The position numbers and the translations under genes are program-made. A DNA stretch of 64,000 nt from the human T2T-CHM13v2.0 reference genome, Homo sapiens, in NCBI RefSeq assembly GCF_009914755.1, contig NC_060928.1; one strand, 5' to 3'. The notes beneath the pieces are model-generated. The model searched no databases. It was given only the letters and a program-made list of their open reading frames with translations, and was not told where the DNA came from. Every line of letters begins with the position of its first letter. Within the stretch, counting starts at the first letter, position 1. This document shows positions 43,501 through 58,500 of this stretch, piece after piece.

Positions 43501-46500
43501 TACAAAACAAATAGTTTTGGTACTTAGATATTTTATGTACAGTATATAGTTTGAGTACTTTGATATTTTATGTACAGTTTATTATTAATGGGTGCTTTCA
43601 TATTTTATGTACAGTATATAATACATACTATGGGCACTTTGATATTTTATGTACAGTATATAATACATACTTTGGGTACTTTGATATTTTATGTACACTA
43701 CATAATACATACTTTGGGTACTTTGATATTTTATGTACAGTACATAATATATAGTTTGGGTACTTTGATATTTTATGTGCAGTATATAACACATACTTTC
43801 GGTACTTGGACATTTTATGTACAGTATATAATACATAATTTGGGTACTTCCATATTTTATGTACAGTATGCTATATATAGTTTGGGTACTTTGATATTTT
43901 ATGTCCAGTATAAAATAAAAAGTTTTGGTAATTCGATATTTTATGTACAGTGTATCGTTTGAGTACTTTGATATTTAATGTACAGTTTATTAAAAATGTT
44001 CGGGTGCTTTCATATTTTATGTACAGTATATAATACATACTTTGAGCACTTTGATATTTTATGTACAGTATATAATACATACTTTGGGTAATTTGATATT
44101 TTATGTACAGTATATAATACATACATTGGGTACTTTGATATTTTATGTACAGTATATAATATATAGTTAGGGTACTTTGATATTTCATATACAGTATATA
44201 ATATATATTATGTGTACTTTGATATATTATGTACAGTATATAATATATAGTTTGGGTAATTTGATATTTTATGTACAGTATACAATATATAGTATTGGTA
44301 CTTTGACATTTCATGTAAAGTATATAGTTTGAGTACTTTGATATTTTATATACAGTTTATTATAAATGTTTGGGTACCTTCCTATTTTATGTAGAGTATA
44401 TAATACATACTTTGGGAACTTTTATTTTATGTGCAGTATATAATACATACTTTGGGTACTTTGATATTTTATGTACAGTATATAATACATACTATTGGTA
44501 CTTTGATATTTTATGTACAGTATACAATATATAGTTTGAGTACTTTGATATTTTATGTCCAGTATAAAATATATAGATTTCATACTTTGATATTTTATGT
44601 ACTGAATGTAGTTTGAGTACTTTGATATTTTATGTACACTTTATTATAAAAGTTTGGGTACTTTCATATTTTACGTACAGTATATAATACATACTTTGGG
44701 CACTTTGATGTTTTATGTACAGTATATAATACATACTTTGGGTTCTTTGATATTTTATGTACAGCATATAATACATAATTTGGGGACTTTTATATTTTAT
44801 GTACATTATATTATACATACTTTGGGTACTTTTATATTTTATGTACGGTATATAATACATGCTTTGGGTACTTTGATATATTATGTACAGTATATAATAC
44901 ATACTAAGGGTACTTTGACATTTTATGTACAGTACATAATACATACTTTGGGTACTTTGATATTTTATGTACAGTATATAATGCATACTTTGGATACTTT
45001 GATATTTTATGTACAGTATATAATACATACTTTGGGTACTTTGATATTTTATGTACAGTATATAATGCATAATTTGGGTACTTCAATAGTTTATGCACAG
45101 TATATAATACATTCTTTGGGTAATTTGATATTTTATGTACAGTATATAATGCATACTTTGGGTACTTTGATAGTTTATGTACAGTATACAATACATACTT
45201 TGGGTACTTTGATATTTTATGTACAGTATATAATATGTAGTTTGGGTACTTTGATATTTTAACTACAGTATATAATACATACTTTGGGTACTTTGATATT
45301 TTATCTACAGTATATAATAGATAATTTGGGTACTTTGATATATTATGTACAGTATATAATACATAGTTTGGTTACTTTGATATTTTTTGTACAGTATGTA
45401 AAACATACTTTGGGGAGTTTGATATTTTATGAGCAGTATATAATACACATTTTGGGTACTTTGATATTTTATGTACGGTATATAATACATACTTTGGGTA
45501 CTTTGATATTTTATGTACAGTATATAATTCATACTTTGGGTACTTTGATATTTTATGTGCAGTATATAATACATACATTGGGTACTTCGATATTTTATGT
45601 GCAGTACCCTATATATAGTTTGGGTACTTTGATATTTTATGTCCAGTATAAAATAAATAGTTTTGGTACTTTGATATTTTATGTACAGTATATAGTTTGA
45701 GTACTTTGATATTTAATGTTCAGTTTATTATAAATGTTTGGGTGCTTTCATATTTTATATACAGTATATAATACATACTTTGGGCACTTTGATATTTTCT
45801 GTACAGTATATAATACATACTTTGTGTACTTTGATATTTTATGTACGGTATATAATACATACATTGGGTACTTTGATATTTTATGTAAAGTATATAATAT
45901 ATAGTTTGGTTAGTTTGATATTTTATATACAGTATATAATATATATTATGTGTACTTTGATATATTATGTACAGTATATAATATATAGTATGGGTTGTTT
46001 GATATTTTATGTACAGTATATAATATATAGTTTGGGTAGTTTGATATTTTTAGTACAGTATGTAATATATAGTTTGTTTTATTTGATATTTTATGTACAG
46101 TATACAATATATAGTATTGGTACTTTGATATTTCATGTAAAGTATATAGTTTGAGTACTTTGATATTTTATATGCAGTTTATTATAAATGTTTGGGTACC
46201 TTCATATTTTATGTACAGTATATAATACATACTTTGGGAACTTTTATTTTATGTGCAGTATATAATACATACTTTGGGTACTTTGATATTTCATGTACAG
46301 TATATAATACACACTTTGGGTACTTTGATATTTTATGTACAGTATATAATACACCCTTTGGGTAGTTTGATATTTTATGTACAGTATATAATACATACTT
46401 TGGGTACTTTGATGTATTATGTACAGTATATAATACATACTTTGGGTACTTTGATATTTTATGTACAGTATATAATACATACTTTGGGTACTTTGATATT

Positions 46501-49500
46501 TTATGTACAGTATGTAATACATAATTTGGGTACTTTAATATTTTATGTATAGTATATAATACTTACTTTGGGTACTTTGATATTTTATGGACAGTGTATA
46601 ATACATACTTTGGGTTCTTTGATATTTTATGTACAGTATATAACATATAGTTTGGGTACTTTGATATTTTATATACAGTATATAATACATACTTTGGGTA
46701 CTTTGATATTTTATGTACAGTATATAATACATACTTTGGGTACTTTGATATTTCATGCACAGTATACAATATATAGTTTGAGTACTTTGATATTTTATGT
46801 ACTGTATAAAATATATAGTTTTCGTACTTTGATATTTTATGTACAGTATATAGTTTGAGTACGTTGATATTTTATGTACAGTTTGTTATAAATGTTTGGG
46901 TGCTTTCATATTTTATGTACAGTATATAATACATACTTTGGGCACTTTGATATCTTATGTACAGTATATAATACATACTTTGGGTTCTCTGATATTTTCT
47001 GTACAGTGTATAATACATAATTTGGGTACTTTGATATTTTATGTACAGCATATAATACATACGTTGGGTACTTTGATATATTATGTACAGTATATAATAC
47101 ATACTTTGGGTACTTTGATATTTTATGTACAGTATATAATCCATAGTTTGTGTACTTTTATATTTTATGTACAGTATATAATACATACTTTGGGTACTTT
47201 GATATTTTATGTACAGTATATAATACATACTTTGGGTACTTTCATGTTTTATGTACAGTATATAATATATAGTTTGGGTACTTTGATATTTTATCTACAG
47301 CTTATAATACTTACTTTGGGTAATTTGATATTTTATGTACAGTATATAATACATACTTTGGGTAGTTTGATATTTTATGTACAGTATACAATATATAGTT
47401 TGAGTACTTTGATATTTTTTGTGCAGTATAAAATATATAGTGTTGGTACTTTGATGTTTTATGTACAGTATATATTTTGAGTACTTTGATATTTTGTGTA
47501 CAGTTTATTATAAATGTTTGGGTACTTTCATATTTGATGTACAGTATATAATACATAATTTGGGCACTTTGATATTTTATGTACAGTATATAATACATAC
47601 TTTGGGTACTTTTATATTTTATGTACAGTATATAATACATACTCTGGGCACTTTGATATTTAATGTACAGTATATAATACACACTTTGCGTACTTTGATA
47701 TTTTATGTAAAGCATGTAATACATACTTTGTGCAGTTTGATATTTTATGTACAGTATGTAATACACACTTTGGGTACTTTCATATTTTATGTACAGTATG
47801 TAAAACATACTTTGGGTGGTTTGATATATTATGTACAGTATATAATACATACTTTGGGTACTCTGATATTTTATGTACAGTGTATAATACATACTTTGGG
47901 TACTTTGATATTTTATGTACAGTATATAATACATACATTGGGTACTTTGATATATTATGTACAGTATATAATACTTACTTGGGGTACTTTGATATTTTAT
48001 GTACAGTATATAATACATACTTTGTGTACTTTGATATTTTATCTACAGTGTATAATATATACTTTGGGTATCTTGATATTTTATGTACAGTATATAATAC
48101 ATACTTTGAGTACTTTGATATTTTATGTACAGTATATAATACATACTTTGGATACTTTGATATTTTATGTACAGTATATAATACATACTTTGGGTACTTT
48201 GATATTTTATGTACAGTATATAATACATACTTTCGGTACTTTGATATTTTATGTACAGTATATAATATATAGTTTGGGTACTTTGATATTTTATGTACAG
48301 TATATAATACATACTTTGGGTACTTTGATATTTTATGTACAGAATATAGTTTGAGTACTTTGATATTTTATGTACACTTTATTATAAATGTTTGGGTACT
48401 TTCATATTCTATGTACAGTATATAATACATACTTTGGTCTCTTTGATGTTTTATGTACAGTATATAATACATACTTTGGGTTCTTTGATATTTTATGTGC
48501 AGAATATAATGCATAGTTTTAGGTACTTTTATATTTTATGTACAGTATATAATACATACTTTGGGTACTTTGATATTTTATGTACAGTGTATAATACATA
48601 CTTTGGGAACTTTGATATTTTATGTACAGTATGTAATACATACTTTGGGTACTTTGATATTTTATGTACAGTATATAATACATATTATTGGCACGTTGAT
48701 ATTTTATGTACAGTATACAATATATAGTTTGAGTACTTTGATATTTTATGTCCAGTATAAAATACATAGATTTCATACTTTGATATTTTATGTACAGAAT
48801 ATAGTTTGAGTACTTTGATATTTTATGTACACTTTATCATAAAAGTTTGGGTACTTTCATATTTTACGTACAGTATATAATACATACTTTGGGCACTTTG
48901 ATGTTTTATGTACAGTATATAATACATACTTTGGGTTCTTTGATATGTTATGTACAGCATATAGTACATAATTTGGGGACTTTTATATTTTATGTACATT
49001 ATATAATACATACTTTGGGTACTTTTATATTTTATGTACGGTATATAATACATACTTTGGGAACTTTGATATATTATGTACATTATATAATACATACTTT
49101 GGGTACTTTGTTATATTATGTACAGTATATAATACATACTTAGGGTACTTTGACATTTTATGTACAGTACATAATACATACTTTGGGTACTTTGATATTT
49201 TATGTACAGTATATAATATATACTTTGGGTACTTTGATATTTTATGTACAGTATATAATATATGATTTGGGTACTTTTACATTTTATGTACAGTATTTAA
49301 TATATAGTTTGGGTACTTTGATATTTTATGTACGGTATATAATACATACTTTGGGTACTTTGATATTTTATGTACAGTATATAATACATACTTTGGGTAC
49401 TTTGATATTTTATGTACAGTATATAATACATACTTTGGGTACTTTGATATTTAATGTACAGTATATAATACACACTTTGCGTACTTTGATATTTTATGTA

Positions 49501-52500
49501 AAGTATGTAATACATACTTTGGGTACTTTGATATTTTATCTACAGTATGTAATACACGCTTTGGGTACTTTGATATTTTATGTAGAGTATGTAAAACATA
49601 CTTTGGGTACTTTGGTATTTTATGGTCAGTATATAATACATATTTTGGGTACTTTGATATTTTATGTACAGTATATAATGCATAATTTGGGTACTTCAAT
49701 AGTTTATGCACAGTATATAATACATACTTTGGGTAATTTGATATTTTATGTACAGTATATAATGCATACTTTGGGTACTTTGATAGTTTATGTACAGTAT
49801 ATAATACATATTATTGGTACTTTGATATTTTATGTACAGTATACAATATATAGTTTGAGTACTTTGATATTTTATGTCCAGTATAAAATACGTAGATTTC
49901 ATACTTTGATATTTTATGTACAGAATATAGTTTGAGTACTTTGATATTTTATGTACACTTTATCATAAAAGTTTGGGTACTTTCATATTTTACGTACAGT
50001 ATATAATACATACTTTGGGCACTTTGATGTTTTATGTACAGTATATAATACATACTTTGGGTTCTTTGATATGTTATGTACAGCATATACTACATAATTT
50101 GGGGACTTTTATATTTTATGTACATTATATAATACATACTTTGGGTACTTTTATATTTTATGTACGGTATATAATACATACTTTGGGTACTTTGATATAT
50201 TATGTACAGTATATAATACATACTTTGGGTACTTTGATATATTATGTACAGTATATAATACATACTTAGGGTTCTTTGACATTTTATGTACAGTACATAA
50301 TACATACTTTGGGTACTTTGATATTTTATGTACAGTATATAATACATACTTTGGGTACTTTGATATTTTATGTACAGTATATAATTCATGTTTTGGGTAC
50401 TTTTACATTTTATGTACAGTATATAATATATAGTTTGGGTACTTTGATATTTTATGTACGGTATATAATACATACTTTGGGTACTTTGATATTTTATGTA
50501 CAGTATATAATACATACTTTGGGTACTTTGATAATTTATGTACAGTATATAATACATACTTTTGGTACTTTGATATTTAATGTACAGTATATAATACACA
50601 CTTTGCATACTTTGATATTTTATGTAAAGTATGTAATACATACTTTGGGTACTTTGATATTTTATGTACAGTATGTAATACACGCTTTGGGTACTTTGAT
50701 ATTTTATGTAGAGTATGTAAAACATACTTTGGGTAGTTTGTTATTTTATGATCAGTATATAATACATATTTTGGGTACTTTGATATTTTATGTACAGTAT
50801 ATAATACATACTTTGGGTACTTTGATATTTTATGTACAGTATATAATGTATAATTTGGGTACTTCAATAGTTTATGCACAGTATATAATACATACTTTGT
50901 GTAATTTGATATTTTATGTACAGTATATAATGCATACTTTGGGTACTTTGATAGTTTATGTACAGTATACAATACATACTTTGGGTACTTTGATATTTTA
51001 TGTACAGTATATAATATGTAGTTTGGGTACTTTGATATTTTAACTACAGTATATAATACATACTTTGGGTACTTTGATATTTTATCTACAGTATATAATA
51101 GATACTTTGGGTACTTTGATATATTATGTACAGTATATAATACATAGTTTGGTTACTTTGATATTTTTTGTACAGTATGTAAAACATACTTTGGGGAGTT
51201 TGCTATTTTATGAACAGTATATAATACACATTTTGGGTACTTTGATATTTTATGTACGGTATATAATACATACTTTGGGTACTTTGATATTTTATGTACA
51301 GTATATAATTCATACTTTGGGTACTTTGATATTTTATGTACAGTATATAATACATACATTGGGTACTTCGATATTTTATGTGCAGTACCCTATATATAGT
51401 TTGGGTACTTTGATATTTTATGTCCAGTATAAAATAAATAGTTTTGGTACTTTGATATTTTATGTACAGTATATAGTTTGAGTACTTTGATATTTAATGT
51501 TCAGTTTATTATAAATGTTTGGGTGCTTTCATATTTTATATACAGTATATAATACATACTTTGGGCACTTTGATATTTTCTGTACAGTATATAATACATA
51601 CTTTGGGTACTTTGATATTTTATGTACGGTATATAATACATACATTGGGTACTTTGATATTTTATGTAAAGTATATAATATATAGTTTGGTTACTTTGAT
51701 ATTTTATATACAGTATATAATATATATTATGTGTACTTTGATATATTATGTACAGTATATAATATATAGTATGGGTTGTTTGATATTTTATGTACAGTAT
51801 ATAATATATAGTTTGGGTAGTTTGATATTTTTAGTACAGTATGTAATATATAGTTTGTTTTATTTGATATTTTATGTACAGTATACAATATATAGTATTG
51901 GTACTTTGATATTTCATGTAAAGTATATAGTTTGAGTACTTTGATATTTTATATGCAGTTTATTATAAATGTTTGGGTACCTTCATATTTTATGTACAGT
52001 ATATAATACATACTTTGGGAACTTTTATTTTATGTGCAGTATATAATACATACTTTGGGTACTTTGATATTTCATGTACAGTATATAATACACACTTTGG
52101 GTACTTTGATATTTTATGTACAGTATATAATACACCCTTTGGGTAGTTTGATATTTTATGTACAGTATATAATACATACTTTGGGTACTTTGATGTATTA
52201 TGTACAGTATATAATACATACTTTGGGTACTTTGATATTTTATGTACAGTATATAATACATACTTTGGGTACTTTGATATTTTATGTACAGTATGTAATA
52301 CATAATTTGGGTACTTTAATATTTTATGTATAGTATATAATACTTACTTTGGGTACTTTGATATTTTATGGACAGTGTATAATACATACTTTGGGTTCTT
52401 TGATATTTTATGTACAGTATATAACATATAGTTTGGGTACTTTGATATTTTATATACAGTATATAATACATACTTTGGGTACTTTGATATTTTATGTACA

Positions 52501-55500
52501 GTATATAATACATACTTTGGGTACTTTGATATTTCATGCACAGTATACAATATATAGTTTGAGTACTTTGATATTTTATGTACTGTATAAAATATATAGT
52601 TTTCGTACTTTGATATTTTATGTACAGTATATAGTTTGAGTACGTTGATATTTTATGTACAGTTTGTTATAAATGTTTGGGTGATTTCATATTTTATGTA
52701 CAGTATATAATACATACTTTGGGCACTTTGATATCTTATGTACAGTATATAATACATACTTTGGGTTCTCTGATATTTTCTGTACAGTGTATAATACATA
52801 ATTTGGGTACTTTGATATTTTATGTACAGCATATAATACATACGTTGGGTACTTTGATATATTATGTACAGTATATAATACATACTTTGGGTACTTTGAT
52901 ATTTTATGTACAGTATATAATCCATAGTTTGTGTACTTTTATATTTTATGTACAGTATATAATACATACTTTGGGTACTTTGATATTTTATGTACAGTAT
53001 ATAATACATACTTTGGGTACTTTCATGTTTTATGTACAGTATATAATATATAGTTTGGGTACTTTGATATTTTATCTACAGCTTATAATACTTACTTTGG
53101 GTAATTTGATATTTTATGTGCAGTATATAATACATACTTTGGGTAGTTTGATATTTTATGTACAGTATACAATATATAGTTTGAGTACTTTGATATTTTA
53201 TGTGCAGTATAAAATATATAGTGTTGGTACTTTGATGTTTTATGTACAGTATATATTTTGAGTACTTTGATATTTTGTGTACAGTTTATTATAAATGTTT
53301 GGGTACTTTCATATTTGATGTACAGTATATAATACATAATTTGGGCACTTTGATATTTTATGTACAGTATATAATACATACTTTGGGTACTTTTATATTT
53401 TATGTACAGTATATAATACATACTCTGGGCACTTTGATATTTAATGTACAGTATATAATACACACTTTGCGTACTTTGATATTTTATGTAACGTATGTAA
53501 TACATACTTTGGGTAGTTTGATATTTTATGTACAGTATGTAGTACACACTTTGGGTACTTTGATATTTTATGTACAGTATGTAAAACATACTTTGGGTAG
53601 TTTGATATTTTATGATCAGTATATAATACACATTTTGGGTACCTTGATATTTTATGTACAGTATATAATACATACTTTGGGTACTTTGATATTTTATGTA
53701 CAGTATATAATGCATACCTTAGGTACTTTGATAGTTTTTGTACAGTATATAATACATACTTTGGGTACTTTGATATTTTATGTACAGTATATAATACATA
53801 GTTTGGGTACTTTGATATTTTATGTACAGTATATAATACATACTTTGGGTACTTTGATATTTTATCTACAGTGTATAATATATACTTTGGGTACTTTGAT
53901 ATATTATGTACAGTATATAATACATACTTTGGGTACTTTGATATTTTATGTACAGTATATAATACATACTTTGGGTACTTTGATATTTTATGTACAGTAT
54001 ATAATACATACTTTCAGTAGTTTGATATTTTATGTACAGTATATAATATATAGTTTGGGTACTTTGATATTTTATGTACAGTATATAATACATAGTTTGG
54101 GTACTTTGATATTTTATGTACAGTATATAATACATACTTTCGGTACTTTGATATTTTATGTACAGTATATAATATATAGTTTGGGTACTTTGATAATTTA
54201 TGTACAGTGTATAACACATACTTTGGGTACTTTGATATTTTATGTACAGTATATAATACATACTTTGGGTACTTTGATATTTTATATACAGTATATAATA
54301 CATACTTTGGGTACTTTCATATTTCATGTACAGTTTATAATATATAGTTTGAGTACTTTGGTATATTATGTACTGTATATAATACATACTTTGGGTACTT
54401 TGATATTTTATGTACAGTATATAATACATACTTTGGGTACTTTGATATTTTATGTACAGTATACAATATATACTTTGACTACTTTGATATTTTATGTCCA
54501 GTATAGAATATATAGTTTTGGTAGTTTGATATTTTATGTACAGTATATAGTTTGAGTACATTGATATTTTATGTACACTTTATTATAAATGTTTGGATAC
54601 TTTCATATTTTATGTACAGTATATAATACATACTTTGGGCACTTTGATATTTTATGTACAGTATACAATACATACTTTGGGTACTTTGATATTTTATGTA
54701 CAGTATATAATACATAATTTGGGTACTTTGATATTTTATGTACAGTATATAATGCATACTTTGGGTACTTTGATGTTTTATGTACAGTATATAATACATA
54801 CTTAGGGTACTTTGACATTTTATGTGCAGTACATAATACATACTTTGGATACTTTGTTATTTTAAATACAGTATGTAATACATATTTTGGGTACTTTGAT
54901 ATTTTATGTACAGTATATAATACATACTTTGGTACTTTTATATTTCATGTACAGTATATAATATATAGTTTGGGTACTTTGATATTTTATGTACAGTATA
55001 TAATACATAGTTTGGGTATTTTGATATTTTATGTACAGTATATAATACATACTTTGGGTACTTTGATATTTTATGTACAGTATATAATATATAGTTTGGG
55101 TACTTTGATAATTTATGTGCAGTATATAACACATACTTTCGGTAGTTGGATATTTTATGTACAGTATATAATACATACTTTGGGTACATCGATATTTGAT
55201 GTACAGTATACTATATATAGTTTGGGTACTTTGATATTTTATGTCGGGTACAAAACAAATAGTTTTGGTACTTAGATATTTTATGTACAGTATATAGTTT
55301 GAGTACTTTGATATTTTATGTACAGTTTATTATTAATGGGTGCTTTCATATTTTATGTACAGTATATAATACATACTATGGGCACTTTGATATTTTATGT
55401 ACAGTATATAATACATACTTTGGGTACTTTGATATTTTATGTACACTACATAATACATACTTTGGGTACTTTGATATTTTATGTACAGTACATAATATAT

Positions 55501-58500
55501 AGTTTGGGTACTTTGATATTTTATGTGCAGTATATAACACATACTTTCGGTACTTGGACATTTTATGTACAGTATATAATACATAATTTGGGTACTTCCA
55601 TATTTTATGTACAGTATGCTATATATAGTTTGGGTACTTTGATATTTTATGTCCAGTATAAAATAAAAAGTTTTGGTAATTCGATATTTTATGTACAGTG
55701 TATCGTTTGAGTACTTTGATATTTAATGTACAGTTTATTAAAAATGTTCGGGTGCTTTCATATTTTATGTACAGTATATAATACATACTTTGAGCACTTT
55801 GATATTTTATGTACAGTATATAATACATACTTTGGGTAATTTGATATTTTATGTACAGTATATAATACATACATTGGGTACTTTGATATTTTATGTACAG
55901 TATATAATATATAGTTAGGGTACTTTGATATTTCATATACAGTATATAATATATATTATGTGTACTTTGATATATTATGTACAGTATATAATATATAGTT
56001 TGGGTAATTTGATATTTTATGTACAGTATACAATATATAGTATTGGTACTTTGACATTTCATGTAAAGTATATAGTTTGAGTACTTTGATATTTTATATA
56101 CAGTTTATTATAAATGTTTGGGTACCTTCCTATTTTATGTAGAGTATATAATACATACTTTGGGAACTTTTATTTTATGTGCAGTATATAATACATACTT
56201 TGGGTACTTTGATATTTTATGTACAGTATATAATACATACTATTGGTACTTTGATATTTTATGTACAGTATACAATATATAGTTTGAGTACTTTGATATT
56301 TTATGTCCAGTATAAAATATATAGATTTCATACTTTGATATTTTATGTACTGAATGTAGTTTGAGTACTTTGATATTTTATGTACACTTTATTATAAAAG
56401 TTTGGGTACTTTCATATTTTACGTACAGTATATAATACATACTTTGGGCACTTTGATGTTTTATGTACAGTATATAATACATACTTTGGGTTCTTTGATA
56501 TTTTATGTACAGCATATAATACATAATTTGGGGACTTTTATATTTTATGTACATTATATTATACATACTTTGGGTACTTTTATATTTTATGTACGGTATA
56601 TAATACACACTTTGGGTACTTTGATATATTATGTACAGTATATAATACATGCTTTGGGTACTTTGATATATTATGTACAGTATATAATACATACTAAGGG
56701 TACTTTGACATTTTATGTACAGTACATAATACATACTTTGGGTACTTTGATATTTTATGTACAGTATATAATGCATACTTTGGATACTTTGATATTTTAT
56801 GTACAGTATATAATACATACTTTGGGTACTTTGATATTTTATGTACAGTATATAATGCATAATTTGGGTACTTCAATAGTTTATGCACAGTATATAATAC
56901 ATTCTTTGGGTAATTTGATATTTTATGTACAGTATATAATGCATACTTTGGGTACTTTGATAGTTTATGTACAGTATACAATACATACTTTGGGTACTTT
57001 GATATTTTATGTACAGTATATAATATGTAGTTTGGGTACTTTGATATTTTAACTACAGTATATAATACATACTTTGGGTACTTTGATATTTTATCTACAG
57101 TATATAATAGATAATTTGGGTACTTTGATATATTATGTACAGTATATAATACATAGTTTGGTTACTTTGATATTTTTTGTACAGTATGTAAAACATACTT
57201 TGGGGAGTTTGATATTTTATGAGCAGTATATAATACACATTTTGGGTACTTTGATATTTTATGTACGGTATATAATACATACTTTGGGTACTTTGATATT
57301 TTATGTACAGTATATAATTCATACTTTGGGTACTTTGATATTTTATGTGCAGTATATAATACATACATTGGGTACTTCGATATTTTATGTGCAGTACCCT
57401 ATATATAGTTTGGGTACTTTGATATTTTATGTCCAGTATAAAATAAATAGTTTTGGTACTTTGATATTTTATGTACAGTATATAGTTTGAGTACTTTGAT
57501 ATTTAATGTTCAGTTTATTATAAATGTTTGGGTGCTTTCATATTTTATATACAGTATATAATACATACTTTGGGCACTTTGATATTTTCTGTACAGTATA
57601 TAATACATACTTTGTGTACTTTGATATTTTATGTACGGTATATAATACATACATTGGGTACTTTGATATTTTATGTAAAGTATATAATATATAGTTTGGT
57701 TAGTTTGATATTTTATATACAGTATATAATATATATTATGTGTACTTTGATATATTATGTACAGTATATAATATATAGTATGGGTTGTTTGATATTTTAT
57801 GTACAGTATATAATATATAGTTTGGGTAGTTTGATATTTTTAGTACAGTATGTAATATATAGTTTGTTTTATTTGATATTTTATGTACAGTATACAATAT
57901 ATAGTATTGGTACTTTGATATTTCATGTAAAGTATATAGTTTGAGTACTTTGATATTTTATATGCAGTTTATTATAAATGTTTGGGTACCTTCATATTTT
58001 ATGTACAGTATATAATACATACTTTGGGAACTTTTATTTTATGTGCAGTATATAATACATACTTTGGGTACTTTGATATTTCATGTACAGTATATAATAC
58101 ACACTTTGGGTACTTTGATATTTTATGTACAGTATATAATACACACTTTGGGTAGTTTGATATTTTATGTACAGTATATAATACATACTTTGGGTACTTT
58201 GATGTATTATGTACAGTATATAATACATACTTTGGGTACTTTGATATTTTATGTACAGTATATAATACATACTTTGGGTACTTTGATATTTTATGTACAG
58301 TATGTAATACATAATTTGGGTACTTTAATATTTTATGTATAGTATATAATACTTACTTTGGGTACTTTGATATTTTATGGACAGTGTATAATACATACTT
58401 TGGGTTCTTTGATATTTTATGTACAGTATATAACATATAGTTTGGGTACTTTGATATTTTATATACAGTATATAATACATACTTTGGGTACTTTGATATT

